A stretch of 64,000 nt of DNA from Pseudomonadales bacterium. GTDB taxonomy: Bacteria; Pseudomonadota; Gammaproteobacteria; Pseudomonadales; JAUIET01. The notes under the pieces were generated by a model. The model was not told where the DNA came from. It saw only the letters and a program-made list of their open reading frames with translations, and searched no databases. How positions within the stretch are numbered: the first letter of the stretch is position 1; every line of letters starts with the position of its first letter. Shown piece by piece: positions 1 through 11,053 of the stretch. The stretch spans positions 3,935 to 67,934 of the forward strand of contig JBBKXJ010000070.1 in assembly GCA_037969395.1 (NCBI GenBank), in the 5' to 3' direction. Position numbers and translations under genes: made by a program.

Positions 1-313
1 CCAGACGTTCGCCCAGCGCGTCGAGTCGCATCAGGCGCGACTGCAGCTGCGCAGTGCGCACCGCCAACGCTTCAATACGTGCCTCACCGTTGAGTTTCGC
101 GCTGCTGAGTTCGGCTTTCTGAGCCGCGAGTTCTGCCTGCCATTGTGCAACAAGCGCAGGGTTGGCGGCGGTTTGCCGCAGGTAACTGGTCCAGTTGTAT
201 AATCCAAGCGCAGCGAGCATTGCCAGCACCGCAGCCGCAATCAGCAAAGTTTGCATGGAAAGCGCCAGCGTTCTGGGTTGTTTGCAGCTACTGCTGACAA
301 GAATTATTCGCAT
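1..313 (-). CDS. M23-family peptidase, N-terminal part (runs off window start)
   Basis: Not in the ORF track; translated by hand from ATG at 313: MRIILVSSSCKQPRTLALSMQTLLIAAAVLAMLAALGLY...QLQSRLMRLDALGERL. A TM segment, a coiled coil and the RLDALGERL motif match the M23 gene usually found between lpxC and secA. Confidence 0.75.
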   Translation of the reverse strand, partial: MRIILVSSSCKQPRTLALSMQTLLIAAAVLAMLAALGLYNWTSYLRQTAANPALVAQWQAELAAQKAELSSAKLNGEARIEALAVRTAQLQSRLMRLDALGERL

Positions 314-479
314 AGAAGTGAGACCAAGCTAATCCCGATTGACTCGGAACTATGTCACGAAACGTAAAACAAACGTGTTTGAAATTCTGGCAATAGTACC
401 AGAACATCGTTGCCGTGAGTTTATTATAGTCTTAACTGATTATTCGGCAACCAAATTGATCGTTTAATAACCTAAATCA

Positions 480-1391
480 TTAAGCAGCTAGCTCCGGTCC
501 GGCGTAGGAAATTGGCGCTACGGCGTCGCCGTCGAACGTTACAAACTCCCAGGCGTCGGTCTGTGCGATCAATGCGCGCAGTGCGATGTTGTTAAGTGCA
601 TGACCAGACTTGTAGGCACGAAACTCGCCTATCAGACTGTTGCCAAGTAAATACAGGTCGCCAATGGCGTCTAGCACCTTGTGCTTTACAAACTCGTCTT
701 CATAGCGCAGCCCGTCTTCGTTAAGAATGCGATGTTGATCAACAACAATTGCATTGTTCATGCTGCCGCCCAGCGCCATTCCCTGCGAGCGTAAAAATTC
801 GATTTCGTGCATAAAACCAAAAGTGCGCGCGCGGCTGACTTCCTTGACGAACGAGGTGGTCGAAAAATCAACTTCGGTGTTGACGATGCGATTTTCGAAT
901 GCCGGATGGTCGAAGGATATTGAAAAATTAACTTTGAAACCGTCAAAAGGCTTAAAGGTGACTGACTTGTCACCGTCTTCTACGGTGATAGGCTTCAACA
1001 CGCGAACGAACTTCTTCGCTACTTCCTGCTCCTCGATGCCGGCCGATTGGATGAGAAATACGAACGGGCCGGCGCTGCCGTCCATAATCGGCACTTCCTC
1101 GGCACTGAGTTCTACAATGGCATTGTCGATTCCCAGCCCGGCCATGGCAGACATAAGGTGCTCAACGGTTGATACTCGTGCGGCCCCGTTTACCAGCACA
1201 GTTGAAAGTTTGGTTTCGCCCACGTTTTCAGCATACGCAACGACTTCTGCCACCGGGTCCAGGTCGATGCGACGAAACACAATACCGGCGTCAACTGGCG
1301 CCGGGCGCAGCGTTAGATATACTTTTTTGCCGGTGTGCAAACCGATGCCGGTCGCTTTAATTGAATTGCGAAGCGTGCGCTGCCTGATCAT
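480..1391 (-). CDS. lpxC: UDP-3-O-acyl-N-acetylglucosamine deacetylase
   Basis: MIRQRTL start (ATG 1391), TVEHLMSA and [10 protein letters not shown] zinc motifs; follows ftsZ. Confidence 0.97.
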   Translation of the reverse strand: MIRQRTLRNSIKATGIGLHTGKKVYLTLRPAPVDAGIVFRRIDLDPVAEVVAYAENVGETKLSTVLVNGAARVSTVEHLMSAMAGLGIDNAIVELSAEEVPIMDGSAGPFVFLIQSAGIEEQEVAKKFVRVLKPITVEDGDKSVTFKPFDGFKVNFSISFDHPAFENRIVNTEVDFSTTSFVKEVSRARTFGFMHEIEFLRSQGMALGGSMNNAIVVDQHRILNEDGLRYEDEFVKHKVLDAIGDLYLLGNSLIGEFRAYKSGHALNNIALRALIAQTDAWEFVTFDGDAVAPISYAGPELAA

Positions 1392-1523
1392 AGGGAACCT
1401 GCCGGTATATTTTATTGCTGGCATTTGCCACTAAACGAGCGGCTCAAAAATCGAGCGCCCTCGGTCGAATCAATTCGACCCCAGGGTGTTTGTTGTCAAC
1501 CGCTCGATTGAGTGAAAAGCCTT

Positions 1524-1562
1524 AAAAAAAGATGACGCACACAATTTTAGTGCATGCGCCAT
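1524..1562 (-). terminator. Intrinsic terminator after ftsZ
   Basis: Minus strand reads ATGGCGCATGCA-loop-TGTGTGCGTCAT (12 bp including G-U pairs), then CTTTTTTT. Confidence 0.7.
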
Positions 1563-1591
1563 TATCAGGCCACTGTTACGCGTCAGCCTGA

Positions 1592-2812
1592 CTAGTCGGC
1601 CTGTCTACGCAAAAACGCTGGAATGTCCAGGTATTGCATATCCGGGTCGGCTTCGGCTGCGGACATTTTCGCAGCTGCTGAAGCGGCCGAGGCTGCCGAC
1701 CCCTGTGGACTTGCCGTGGCGCGGCTCATCGACTGTGACTCCAGCACTGGAGGATTGCGCATGATGGTGGGCATTTCATAGTCGCGGTAGTTGACCAGAT
1801 CACCCATCTGCGTACTACTGGGGTTGTCGACAACTTTAAGACCACGATCAATAACGCGCTCGCCCAGACCGGTTGCAACCACGGTTACCCGAATGTCGTC
1901 GGTCATATCAGGGTCGATTACAGTGCCAACTACAACGGTGGCATTGTCGGAAGCGAACTCTTCTATGGTATCGCCCACTTCGGTGAACTCACCCAATGAC
2001 AAGTCCAGACCCGCCGTGATGTTGACCAGAATGCCGCGTGCTCCCTGCAGATTTACGTCTTCCAGCAATTGGCTGTGAATGGCTTTTTCTGCCGCTTCAC
2101 GCGCTCGATTATTGCCGCGCGCCTCGCCAGTACCCATCATCGCCTGGCCCATTTCCGACATAACCGTGCGCACATCGGCAAAGTCGACGTTGATCATGCC
2201 CGGGCGGATAATCAGGTCAGCAATACCCTGCACCGCGCCCAGCAATACGTCGTTTGCCGCCATAAACGCTTCCAGCAACGTGGTGCCCTTGCCCAATACT
2301 GACAGCAGTTTTTCGTTGGGAATGGTGATCACCGAATCGACCTGCTTTTCGAGTTCGATAATTCCGGCTTCGGCAATTTTAGTGCGCTTTTTGCCTTCGA
2401 AAGGAAACGGTTTGGTAACCACCGCCACGGTCAAAATGCCTAGTTCTTTGGCTATTTCGGCAACCACCGGCGCGCCGCCGGTGCCGGTACCACCACCCAT
2501 GCCGGCGGTGATGAATACCATGTCGGCCCCTTCCAGCGCCTCGGCAATTCTGTCGCGGTCTTCCATCGCCGCCGAACGGCCAATGTCAGGGTTTGCACCG
2601 GCACCCAAACCTTTAGTTACCGTGCTGCCTAATTGCAGCACGGTTTTCGATGCGATATCCGACAGCGCCTGAGCGTCGGTGTTAGCGCAAATAAAATCCA
2701 CGCCTTCAACGTTATTGTTGATCATGTGTTTTACAGCATTACCGCCGCCACCGCCTACGCCGATGACTTTGATGACTGCGCTCTGTGGTACGTTTTCAAC
2801 TAATTCAAACAT
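1592..2812 (-). CDS. ftsZ: Cell division GTPase FtsZ
   Basis: [17 protein letters not shown] tubulin signature, C-terminal [12 protein letters not shown]. Confidence 0.99.
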   Translation of the reverse strand: MFELVENVPQSAVIKVIGVGGGGGNAVKHMINNNVEGVDFICANTDAQALSDIASKTVLQLGSTVTKGLGAGANPDIGRSAAMEDRDRIAEALEGADMVFITAGMGGGTGTGGAPVVAEIAKELGILTVAVVTKPFPFEGKKRTKIAEAGIIELEKQVDSVITIPNEKLLSVLGKGTTLLEAFMAANDVLLGAVQGIADLIIRPGMINVDFADVRTVMSEMGQAMMGTGEARGNNRAREAAEKAIHSQLLEDVNLQGARGILVNITAGLDLSLGEFTEVGDTIEEFASDNATVVVGTVIDPDMTDDIRVTVVATGLGERVIDRGLKVVDNPSSTQMGDLVNYRDYEMPTIMRNPPVLESQSMSRATASPQGSAASAASAAAKMSAAEADPDMQYLDIPAFLRRQAD

Positions 2813-2842
2813 GGTCTTCTCCTCTTGGATTTAGTGTGTAGC

Positions 2843-4072
2843 TTAAAAATTTTGGCGCACCCATTGGCGCAACCGGGCGAAAAAGCCTCCTCCTGAGGGC
2901 TCGCGGCCAGCTGCATTGCCCGCCTCTTCCTGTTGTTTTAGTCCATACAGCAATAAACCTACGCCGGTGGCGTAAATCGGGTTACGCACGATGTCCTGCA
3001 AACCATTAACCGAATGCGGAACACCGATTCGAACCGGCATGTGAAAAATCGATTCTGCTAATTCGATAACTCCCTCCATTTTTGCCGTACCTCCCGTCAG
3101 CACAATGCCGGCGGCGACTAAACTCTCATAACCACTGCGGCGCAGCTCAGCCTGAACCAGCGAAAACAGCTCGTCATAACGTGGCTCAATCACTTCTGCC
3201 AGTGCCTGTCGCGACAGATCTCTGGGCGGCCTGTCGGCAACGCTGGGCACCTTAATGGTTTCGCCTGCGCCGGCCAGCTGAGCCAGGGCGCAGGCATATT
3301 TAATTTTTATCTCTTCGGCAAACTGCGTCGGCGTGCGCAACGCCATCGCTATATCGTTAGTCACCTGATCACCAGCGATGGGAATCACGCCGGTGTGACG
3401 TATCGAGCCTTCGGTGAAAATCGCTATGTCGGTGGTGCCGCCGCCAATATCTACCAGGCACACGCCCAGCTCCTTTTCATCCTCGGTTAGCACGGCGTAG
3501 GCTGATGCCAGCTGTTCGAGAATGACGTCTTCCACCTCCAACCCGCAGCGCTTGATGCACTTTTCAATATTGCTGATGGCATTGACTGCGCAGGTCACCA
3601 AATGCACCTTTGCTTCCAGTCGTACGCCGGACATACCCAGCGGTTTTTTAATGCTGTCCTGCGAGTCAATCAAATACTCCTGCGGCAAAATGTGCAGCAC
3701 CTTTTGGTCGGCCGGAATAGCCACGGCCTGAGCCGCATCGATAACGCGCTCTACGTCCAGTTGAAACACTTCGCGGTCGCGAATGGCAACAATGCCGTGC
3801 GAGTTGAGGCTGCGAATATGGCTGCCAGCTATGCCGGCGTACACCGAGTGGATCTGGCAGCCGGCCATCAGCTCGGCTTCTTCTATGGCGCGCTGAATCG
3901 ATTGAATGGTGGACTCGATATTAACCACTACACCCTTCTTCAAGCCGCGCGACCGATGCGTGCCAATACCAACGATGTTTATCTGGTTATCCGGGTCAAC
4001 CTCACCAACAATGGCAACCACCTTCGAGGTGCCAATATCCAGGCCAACGATCATGCGGTTTTCATTAGCCAC
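2843..4072 (-). CDS. ftsA: Cell division protein FtsA
   Basis: IVGLDIGTSKV, DIGGGTTD, VLTGG motifs. Start placed at GTG 4072 (GGGAG upstream, overlaps the ftsQ end). Confidence 0.97.
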   Translation of the reverse strand: MANENRMIVGLDIGTSKVVAIVGEVDPDNQINIVGIGTHRSRGLKKGVVVNIESTIQSIQRAIEEAELMAGCQIHSVYAGIAGSHIRSLNSHGIVAIRDREVFQLDVERVIDAAQAVAIPADQKVLHILPQEYLIDSQDSIKKPLGMSGVRLEAKVHLVTCAVNAISNIEKCIKRCGLEVEDVILEQLASAYAVLTEDEKELGVCLVDIGGGTTDIAIFTEGSIRHTGVIPIAGDQVTNDIAMALRTPTQFAEEIKIKYACALAQLAGAGETIKVPSVADRPPRDLSRQALAEVIEPRYDELFSLVQAELRRSGYESLVAAGIVLTGGTAKMEGVIELAESIFHMPVRIGVPHSVNGLQDIVRNPIYATGVGLLLYGLKQQEEAGNAAGREPSGGGFFARLRQWVRQNF

Positions 4073-4901
4073 TGAACGCTTTCTCCCGTGCATTTCTGGT
4101 GGATTCTTTATCTGCAATCTGGCGTTCATTCGTTTCTCCGTTGTTTTGCCAATGTACCGCCATGCCATTGCTGTAGCGTAGATCGACGTAGTCCAATTGT
4201 TTGTCACGGTCAGCCAGCGCGCGGCTATGCACGGCAAGAAAGCGCTGCATTTTCTCTACCAGCTCTTCGCTGCCAAAGTAGATCGGCAGGCCCTCGTCCA
4301 ACTTCGCCGTTAACGTGTGTTTTTCATCAAACGTTAGCTCGCTTAGCGACAAGCCATTGCGCTTCAGCATACGGTTAAATTCGAGGTAGTAATTCATCAG
4401 CGTTTTTTCGGTACCCGGCGGCCCATACAAGCGCGGCAATTTGGCGCTTACCAATACGCCATTACCATTGAACACGACGCCGTCGACGCTGACGAAACTG
4501 GCGTTACCCCAGCGCGCAATCGGGCGCTGTTCCTGCAGGTTAATGACCAAACCGCTGGGCCAGTGCCGCTTCACTTCGGCGCGATAAATCCAGTCGAGTG
4601 CTTCTAGGCTGGCTTTTATGGCGCGCAGATCCAGCGTGAAGAAACTGTGGCTGAGCAGCGGCTCGATCACACTGGAGACCTGGTCCCGGCTGGCATAGTT
4701 GAAGTCACTATTGATTGCCACGCTTTGCACATCCGTCGCCACGTAGTGCTTAAGATTGTTATATGCCAGGCCCGTGGTCGCGATCACGCCGCCCCACAGC
4801 ATTACGACAAGGAATGTACGGCCAAAGCGGCGCTGCTTGACGCTATCGCGCTGGTTGCTACTGGCACCGCGACGGTGCAATTTTCTTGTGGTTGCGTTCA
4901 T
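4065..4901 (-). CDS. ftsQ: Cell division protein FtsQ
   Basis: Basic N-terminus, one TM, POTRA-like region ([12 protein letters not shown]), [15 protein letters not shown] 4901 overlaps the murC stop (ATGA). Confidence 0.93.
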   Translation of the reverse strand: MNATTRKLHRRGASSNQRDSVKQRRFGRTFLVVMLWGGVIATTGLAYNNLKHYVATDVQSVAINSDFNYASRDQVSSVIEPLLSHSFFTLDLRAIKASLEALDWIYRAEVKRHWPSGLVINLQEQRPIARWGNASFVSVDGVVFNGNGVLVSAKLPRLYGPPGTEKTLMNYYLEFNRMLKRNGLSLSELTFDEKHTLTAKLDEGLPIYFGSEELVEKMQRFLAVHSRALADRDKQLDYVDLRYSNGMAVHWQNNGETNERQIADKESTRNAREKAFSG

Positions 4902-6322
4902 TGCAAACCTGCCTTCTGCAGCGTACTTGCTACAGCGTTGATGTTGCCGGCACCCTGCGTGACGACGATGTCGCCGGCTTTTACGACCGCTTGCAATACC
5001 TCGCGCACCTGATCGTTTGAGTCGACAAAAATAGGGTCCAGCCGACCGCGCGTGCGTATGCTGCGGCACAGGCTGCGACTATCGACACCGGCAATCGGCT
5101 GTTCGCCGGCGCTGTAGACTTCGAGCATTAGCAGTACGTCGACTGAAGCCAGCACGGCGACGAAGTCTTCGTACAAATCGCGGGTGCGCGAGTAGCGGTG
5201 CGGTTGAAAAATCATAACCACGCGCTGCTCCGGCCAACCCTTACGAATGGCGGCAATAGTCGCCGCCACTTCGGTAGGATGATGACCATAGTCGTCAACC
5301 AGCAGCACATCACCGCCCGCCACTGGAACTTCGCCGTAGACCTGAAAACGTCGCCCCACACCGGAAAAGCTAGCCAGACTTTGTACTATGGCCGCATCGC
5401 TAACGCCTTCGTCGGTGGCGACTGCAATGGCGGCAGTGGCGTTTAGCACGTTGTGATCACCGGGCATATTGAGGGTGATTTCAAGGTCTGCCAGTCCATC
5501 GGGACGGCTCAGCGAAAAGCGGGTAACGGTTTTATGCTGGCGCACGTTGGAGGCAACGAAGTCGGCCTGCTTGTTAAAGCCATATGTGAAAAACGGCCGG
5601 CTGATAGCGGGGATAATTTCCTGCACAAAGGGGTCGTCACTACACAAAACCGCCAGACCATAGAACGGCAGGTTGTGCAAAAAGTTGATAAAAGTCTGCT
5701 TTAACTGGCCGAAGTCGCCGCCGTAGGTTTGCATATGGTCGGCTTCGATATTAGTCACTACGGCAAGCATGGGTTGCAGATGCAAAAACGACGCGTCGCT
5801 TTCGTCGGCTTCGGCCACCAGGTAGCGACTCTCACCGAGCCGTGCATTGGTGCCGGCGCTATTCAGCAAGCCGCCGATAACGAAAGTCGGATCAAGCCCG
5901 GCGGTACCCATTATGGAGGCAATCATGCTGGTGGTCGTGGTCTTGCCGTGCGTGCCGGCCACGGCGATGCCGTGTCGGTAGCGCATTAGCTCGGCCAACA
6001 TTTCGGCGCGCGGCACCACGGGGGTGCGCGAATCGCGGGCGGCTACCAGCTCGGGGTTGTCGGCTGCCACGGCAGTAGAGCTGACCAGCACATCGGCTTG
6101 CTGAACATTGCTGGCGGCGTGGCCTATATAAATAGTCGCCCCCATGGCCTGCAGGCGCTGCGTGGTCTCTGACTGCTGCAGGTCGGAACCAGAAATCTGA
6201 TAGCCCTGATTTAATAACACTTCTGCTATGCCGCACATACCGGCACCGCCAATGCCAACGAAATGAATGCCTTTGATGCGGCGCATTTCCGGCATAGTGA
6301 AGCGTTGCGTGGTATCAACCAT
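4898..6322 (-). CDS. murC: UDP-N-acetylmuramate--L-alanine ligase
   Basis: [35 protein letters not shown]. Start at ATG 6322. Confidence 0.98.
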   Translation of the reverse strand: MVDTTQRFTMPEMRRIKGIHFVGIGGAGMCGIAEVLLNQGYQISGSDLQQSETTQRLQAMGATIYIGHAASNVQQADVLVSSTAVAADNPELVAARDSRTPVVPRAEMLAELMRYRHGIAVAGTHGKTTTTSMIASIMGTAGLDPTFVIGGLLNSAGTNARLGESRYLVAEADESDASFLHLQPMLAVVTNIEADHMQTYGGDFGQLKQTFINFLHNLPFYGLAVLCSDDPFVQEIIPAISRPFFTYGFNKQADFVASNVRQHKTVTRFSLSRPDGLADLEITLNMPGDHNVLNATAAIAVATDEGVSDAAIVQSLASFSGVGRRFQVYGEVPVAGGDVLLVDDYGHHPTEVAATIAAIRKGWPEQRVVMIFQPHRYSRTRDLYEDFVAVLASVDVLLMLEVYSAGEQPIAGVDSRSLCRSIRTRGRLDPIFVDSNDQVREVLQAVVKAGDIVVTQGAGNINAVASTLQKAGLQ

Positions 6323-7412
6323 TGGCCAGCTCCAGGCAGCGCTCGGCCACGCGCGCGGTTGCCTCACGTTGTGCCAGGGCGGCGGCATGGCGGCCCATGC
6401 GGCGCAGTTGATCACGGTTGGTTAGCAGTTCTCCCAGAGTGATCAGGGTCGACTCTTCCAGCAAATCGTTTTGCTGCACCACAACGGCGGCCTCTTCTGC
6501 AGCCAGCCAGTTGGCATTTTTTGTTTGATGATCGTCGATAGCATGCGGGTATGGCACCAGTACCGACGCCTTGCCTGCAGCAGCCAATTCAGCAACGGTC
6601 ATGGCGCCGGCGCGGCAGATGACGACATCCGACCAATGATAAACCGGCGCGATAGCGTCGATAAAAGTCGATACTCGCGCCTCGATACCTAATGATTGAT
6701 AACTCTTTACTACCTCATCGCGCTGCACATCGCCTGTTTGATGATGTACCTCACACTGCAAGTTATAACGATCGCTCAGCGTTGCCAGCAGTTGTGGCAG
6801 CGTTGTGTTCAGCGCCGCCGCTCCACGGCTGCCTCCCAGCACAAAGATACGCAAAGCTGCACCAGGCGTTGTCGATGCGTCGGCATCTATCGCAGCGATC
6901 AGATCATCGCGCAGCGGATTGCCGACATAGAATGTATTGCGCCGCTGCTTGAAAGTGTCAGGAAAGCCCTCCAGCCTGCAATTGGCGATGGGTGCTAACA
7001 GTTTGTTTGTGGTGCCTATCACTGCATTCTGCTCGTGTAATACCAGCGGCAAGCGCAATAGCTTCGCCGCAACCGCACCTGGCCCGGCCGCGAAGCCGCC
7101 CATACCCAGCACGCAGTCTGGCCGCGTTGTCAGTAATACGCGCAGGGCTTGCTGCAATGCCAGCAACAATAGAAACGGCGCTTTTAGCCAGCTCGATATG
7201 CCGCGCCCACGCACCCCCTCAACCGAAAGAAAATGCAGGGCATAGCCGGCCGCCGGCACCAGCCGTGACTCGATGCCACGCCGCGTGCCAAGCCAGTGTA
7301 TTTCTACGCCGGCCTGGCTTAGCTTGTGTGCCACAGCCAGGCCTGGAAATACATGCCCGCCTGTGCCTCCCGCCATTATCACTATGCGCTCCCTACCTTC
7401 TTTTGTGGCCAA
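6315..7412 (-). CDS. murG: Lipid II GlcNAc transferase MurG
   Basis: [28 protein letters not shown]. Start uncertain (TTG 7412 chosen; ORF extends to 7454). Confidence 0.96.
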   Translation of the reverse strand: MATKEGRERIVIMAGGTGGHVFPGLAVAHKLSQAGVEIHWLGTRRGIESRLVPAAGYALHFLSVEGVRGRGISSWLKAPFLLLLALQQALRVLLTTRPDCVLGMGGFAAGPGAVAAKLLRLPLVLHEQNAVIGTTNKLLAPIANCRLEGFPDTFKQRRNTFYVGNPLRDDLIAAIDADASTTPGAALRIFVLGGSRGAAALNTTLPQLLATLSDRYNLQCEVHHQTGDVQRDEVVKSYQSLGIEARVSTFIDAIAPVYHWSDVVICRAGAMTVAELAAAGKASVLVPYPHAIDDHQTKNANWLAAEEAAVVVQQNDLLEESTLITLGELLTNRDQLRRMGRHAAALAQREATARVAERCLELANG

Positions 7413-8589
7413 ACTGCCGACTCTCTGTGACGGCGACTTTACTATCGCCGCCAAGCTCCAACGCAGCGCGCATTACCAATCCCACCAACACGCAGCACAC
7501 CAATAAACTGCTGCCGCCGTAGCTGAAAAACGGCAGGGTCAAACCCTTGGTAGGTAAAAGACCGGCGTTAACGCCCATGTTGATAAACGTTTGGCCGCCA
7601 AACACCAACGCCACGCCGTAACATACATACGCCGAAAATTTTTGCTGCAGCCGTTCAGCGCGGCGGCCTATCACTAACATGCGGCCGATCAGCACAGCGA
7701 ACAGCACAATCACTGCCAACGCGCCGATAAAGCCCAGCTCCTCACCGACAATGGCGAACACGAAATCGGTATGCGCTTCGGGAAGGTAAAACATTTTTTG
7801 TACGCTGCGACCCAGCCCCAGACCCAACCACTCGCCACGACCGAAGGCAATTAACGATTGCACCAGTTGGTAACCGGAGTCGAATTGATGTGGCCAGGGG
7901 TCAACAAAGGTAGTCAGACGTTGTACCCGATATGGCGCAAAAAGCGCCATTAAGGCAATGGCAACCAGGCTGACCAGAATCACCACAATAAACTGCGACA
8001 AGCGCACACCGGCCAGGAATAGCATGCCGAGTACCGCGGCTAACACAACCACTACGGCGCCAAAGTCCGGCTCCAGTAACAGCAGTACGATTAAACCCGA
8101 CATCACCACCAGCGGCTTGATAAAACCACGCCACTGCAGACGCACCTCGTGTTCGCGCCGTACCAGGTAAGCCGCGGTATACAGCACCACGACGATCTTG
8201 ATTAGCTCTGAACACTGTAGATTGATAAAGCCGAGCGAGATCCAGCGGCGACTGCCGTTTACCTCCTGGCCAACCCCCGGTATCAACACCAGCAACAGTG
8301 CCAGAAAACCCAGCGCTAACAGCAGACCGCTGAATTTTTCCCAGACGCGCATCGGTACACACACGCACAGCAATGTGCCGATCAGGCCGATACCGAGGAA
8401 AATCGAGTGGCGGATGACATGATAAAAAGGATTATCGTATTGCCGGCTGGCGTACTCCATGGAGGCCGAGCCCATCATCACCAGGCCCATCGCCACCAGC
8501 AAGACAAACGACGCCAGCAGCCATTGGTCTACTTCGGGCGCATGCTGCTGTTGCGGCTGCATATCCATTGGTACTAGCGCAAAGGGCAT
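7393..8589 (-). CDS. ftsW: SEDS peptidoglycan polymerase FtsW
   Basis: Multi-TM; GSRRW, EPDFG, LPEAHTDF, SYGGSS. Confidence 0.97.
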   Translation of the reverse strand: MPFALVPMDMQPQQQHAPEVDQWLLASFVLLVAMGLVMMGSASMEYASRQYDNPFYHVIRHSIFLGIGLIGTLLCVCVPMRVWEKFSGLLLALGFLALLLVLIPGVGQEVNGSRRWISLGFINLQCSELIKIVVVLYTAAYLVRREHEVRLQWRGFIKPLVVMSGLIVLLLLEPDFGAVVVVLAAVLGMLFLAGVRLSQFIVVILVSLVAIALMALFAPYRVQRLTTFVDPWPHQFDSGYQLVQSLIAFGRGEWLGLGLGRSVQKMFYLPEAHTDFVFAIVGEELGFIGALAVIVLFAVLIGRMLVIGRRAERLQQKFSAYVCYGVALVFGGQTFINMGVNAGLLPTKGLTLPFFSYGGSSLLVCCVLVGLVMRAALELGGDSKVAVTESRQFGHKRR

Positions 8590-9962
8590 GAGCTTTCCCC
8601 CTGCGCGCGCACAGCGGCGATAAACGCCTGACCGCGTTGCTCAAAGCCGTTGAACATATCGAAGCTTGCACAGGCCGGCGAGAACAGCACACAATCGCCG
8701 GGCCGCGCCATGGCACTAGCTGCCTGTACTGCTGCCGGCATGTCTAGTGCGAAGCAGGTATCGGTGACTGCACTTATTTCGGCATTGATAAACTTCGCAT
8801 CGCTGCCAATCAGCACCGCGCCGTGCACATGCTGCCGCACGCTCGCCGTCAGCGCCGAGAAATCAGCGCCCTTGCCCTGCCCGCCGGCGATCAAAACAAG
8901 GCGGCGACCGGCAGCAGAGGCTAAGCCCTCGATAGCCGCTACGGTCGCACCGATATTGGTGCCCTTGGAGTCGTTGATAAATTGCACGCCGTTGATTTCT
9001 GCCACCCACTGGCAGCGATGCGGCAAGCCTTCGAACTCGCGTAGCTCCTCCAGCATGGCATGCATGGCCAGACCTGCTGCCTTGCCGATGGCTAATGCCG
9101 CCAGCGCGTTTTGCAGGTTGTGCCGGCCTGGGAGTCTAAGTTCTTGCAGTGGCAGTAACGGCTGATCCTCGAACGCCAGCCAGCCATTGCCTGCCTGTTG
9201 CAGGACACCGAAGGCGTTCTCTTGTGGCGTGTCCAAAGCAAAACTCCACCACTGCACGTTATTGGCAAGCAACGGTGTGGTGAGTGGATCATTGCGATTA
9301 ACAACAATATTCTCGGCGCCCGCATAGACTGCGAGCTTGGCGCGCTGATAAGTCTGCATATCAGCATAACGGTCCATATGGTCGGCGCTGACGTTGAGTA
9401 CGGTTGCAACCTTCGCGCGCAGTGCAGCGCAGCGCTCTAACTGAAAACTCGACAGCTCAAGCACGCTAAGCTCGTGTTCTGTGGTCAACAGTTCTAACGC
9501 CGGCACACCGATATTGCCTCCCACGGCTACCTGTTTACCGCTCCGTTTGGCCATATTGCCGACTAATGTGGTGACGGTGCTTTTGCCATTGGAACCGGTA
9601 ATTGCCAGCAGTGGTTGCTGATCGGCCGCAACAAACAGATCAATATCGCTGCTTAGCGTAACCCCTGCGCGCAGTGCTTGTGCGATGGCGGGTTCTTGCA
9701 ACGATACGCCAGGGCTGACTATCATATTTTCTGCCGCCTGCAGCAGCCTGGCGTCGATAGCACCTGTGACAATTTCCAGGTCGGGCATTTCGCGGCGTAC
9801 TTCATCTAACGCGGGAGGTGTGGCGCGCGAATCCAGCATCACAACGGGGATATTGTGCGCCCGCAAATAACGCGCGCAGGATAAGCCGGTCAGCCCCATG
9901 CCGACGATGACGTAGCTGCCTTGCTGCGCTGCTATTAACGATGTCATGGCTTTAGTGTTCAC
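8574..9962 (-). CDS. murD: UDP-MurNAc-L-Ala--D-glutamate ligase
   Basis: GSNGKSTVT, ELSSFQLE, NDSKGTN, SPACASFD. Confidence 0.97.
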   Translation of the reverse strand: MNTKAMTSLIAAQQGSYVIVGMGLTGLSCARYLRAHNIPVVMLDSRATPPALDEVRREMPDLEIVTGAIDARLLQAAENMIVSPGVSLQEPAIAQALRAGVTLSSDIDLFVAADQQPLLAITGSNGKSTVTTLVGNMAKRSGKQVAVGGNIGVPALELLTTEHELSVLELSSFQLERCAALRAKVATVLNVSADHMDRYADMQTYQRAKLAVYAGAENIVVNRNDPLTTPLLANNVQWWSFALDTPQENAFGVLQQAGNGWLAFEDQPLLPLQELRLPGRHNLQNALAALAIGKAAGLAMHAMLEELREFEGLPHRCQWVAEINGVQFINDSKGTNIGATVAAIEGLASAAGRRLVLIAGGQGKGADFSALTASVRQHVHGAVLIGSDAKFINAEISAVTDTCFALDMPAAVQAASAMARPGDCVLFSPACASFDMFNGFEQRGQAFIAAVRAQGESSCPLR

Positions 9963-9968
9963 AAAACA

Positions 9969-11051
9969 TCAACGTAGTTTCAATGTGGCTAAACCGAACA
10001 GCACGAGTATCACCGTAATAATCCAGAAGCGGACAATCACTCGCGGTTCGGGCCAACCTTTTAATTCAAAATGATGATGGATGGGCGCCATTCTAAAAAT
10101 ACGCCGGCCGGTCATTTTGTAGGACGCAACCTGCAAAATGACCGACACCGTCTCCATCACGAAAATGCCTGACATAATGAAATACACAATCTCATGGCGT
10201 GTAATCACGGCGATAACACCCAGCGCTGCGCCGAGTGCGAGGGCCCCAACGTCGCCCATAAAAATTTGCGCCGGGTACGTGTTAAACCATAGAAAGCCAA
10301 GACCCGCGCCGGCCAGCGCACCGCAATAAACAATCAGTTCGCCGGCGCCGGGTACGTAGGCGATATGCAAATACTCGGCAAACCTGGAATTACCGGCAAG
10401 ATAGGCAATCATCGCCAGTGCGGTGGCAATCAGCACACACGGCAGGATTGCCAGCCCATCCAGCCCGTCAGTTAAGTTGACGGCGTTGCTGCTGCCGACG
10501 ATAACGAAATAGGTAAACACCACAAAAAAGCTGCCCAACTCTAGCGCAAAGTTTTTGAAGAAGGGGATAAACAACTGTGTTTCCACCGGGCTGACGGCGG
10601 TGTTGTAGAGTAATAACGCAGCGCCAAGACCGCCGACCGATTGCCACAGATACTTCCACCGCGCCGGTAGCCCACGCGGGTTTTTTTCAATAACCTTGCG
10701 GTAGTCATCAACCCAGCCTACCGCGCCAAACACGATGGTCACCAGCAGCACGGTCCAGACGTAGCGATTACTCAGATCACTCCACAACAGGGTACTGACA
10801 ATGATGCCGACCAGAATAAGTGCGCCGCCCATGGTTGGCGTACCGGTTTTACTGAAATGCGATGCAGGGCCGTCGTCACGGATTGACTGGCCGATCTGAT
10901 GGTAGTTAAGCCGCTTAATCATTGTGGGGCCAACCAGCAGGGTTATTGCCAACGCAGTCAACACACTGAGAATGCCGCGCAGAGTCAGGTACTGGAACAC
11001 CTGGAAGGCGTTGATGTATTGCGCGATGAGGTCTGCCAGCCATAACAACAT
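9969..11051 (-). CDS. mraY: Phospho-MurNAc-pentapeptide transferase
   Basis: [31 protein letters not shown] 11051 gives 360 aa. Confidence 0.98.
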   Translation of the reverse strand: MLLWLADLIAQYINAFQVFQYLTLRGILSVLTALAITLLVGPTMIKRLNYHQIGQSIRDDGPASHFSKTGTPTMGGALILVGIIVSTLLWSDLSNRYVWTVLLVTIVFGAVGWVDDYRKVIEKNPRGLPARWKYLWQSVGGLGAALLLYNTAVSPVETQLFIPFFKNFALELGSFFVVFTYFVIVGSSNAVNLTDGLDGLAILPCVLIATALAMIAYLAGNSRFAEYLHIAYVPGAGELIVYCGALAGAGLGFLWFNTYPAQIFMGDVGALALGAALGVIAVITRHEIVYFIMSGIFVMETVSVILQVASYKMTGRRIFRMAPIHHHFELKGWPEPRVIVRFWIITVILVLFGLATLKLR

Positions 11052-11053
11052 CG

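Noticed and set aside
31-240. 69-aa minus-strand ORF
   Set aside because: It is an alternate frame of the M23 gene that starts at 313 and runs off the window.
754-1434. Long antisense and alternate-frame ORFs (for example 754-1434, 2079-2672, 12512-13117, 13036-13785, 30338-31099, 44440-45018, 49130-49771)
   Set aside because: They lie opposite well-conserved genes, show no family motifs, and are expected shadows of codon bias in moderately GC-rich DNA.
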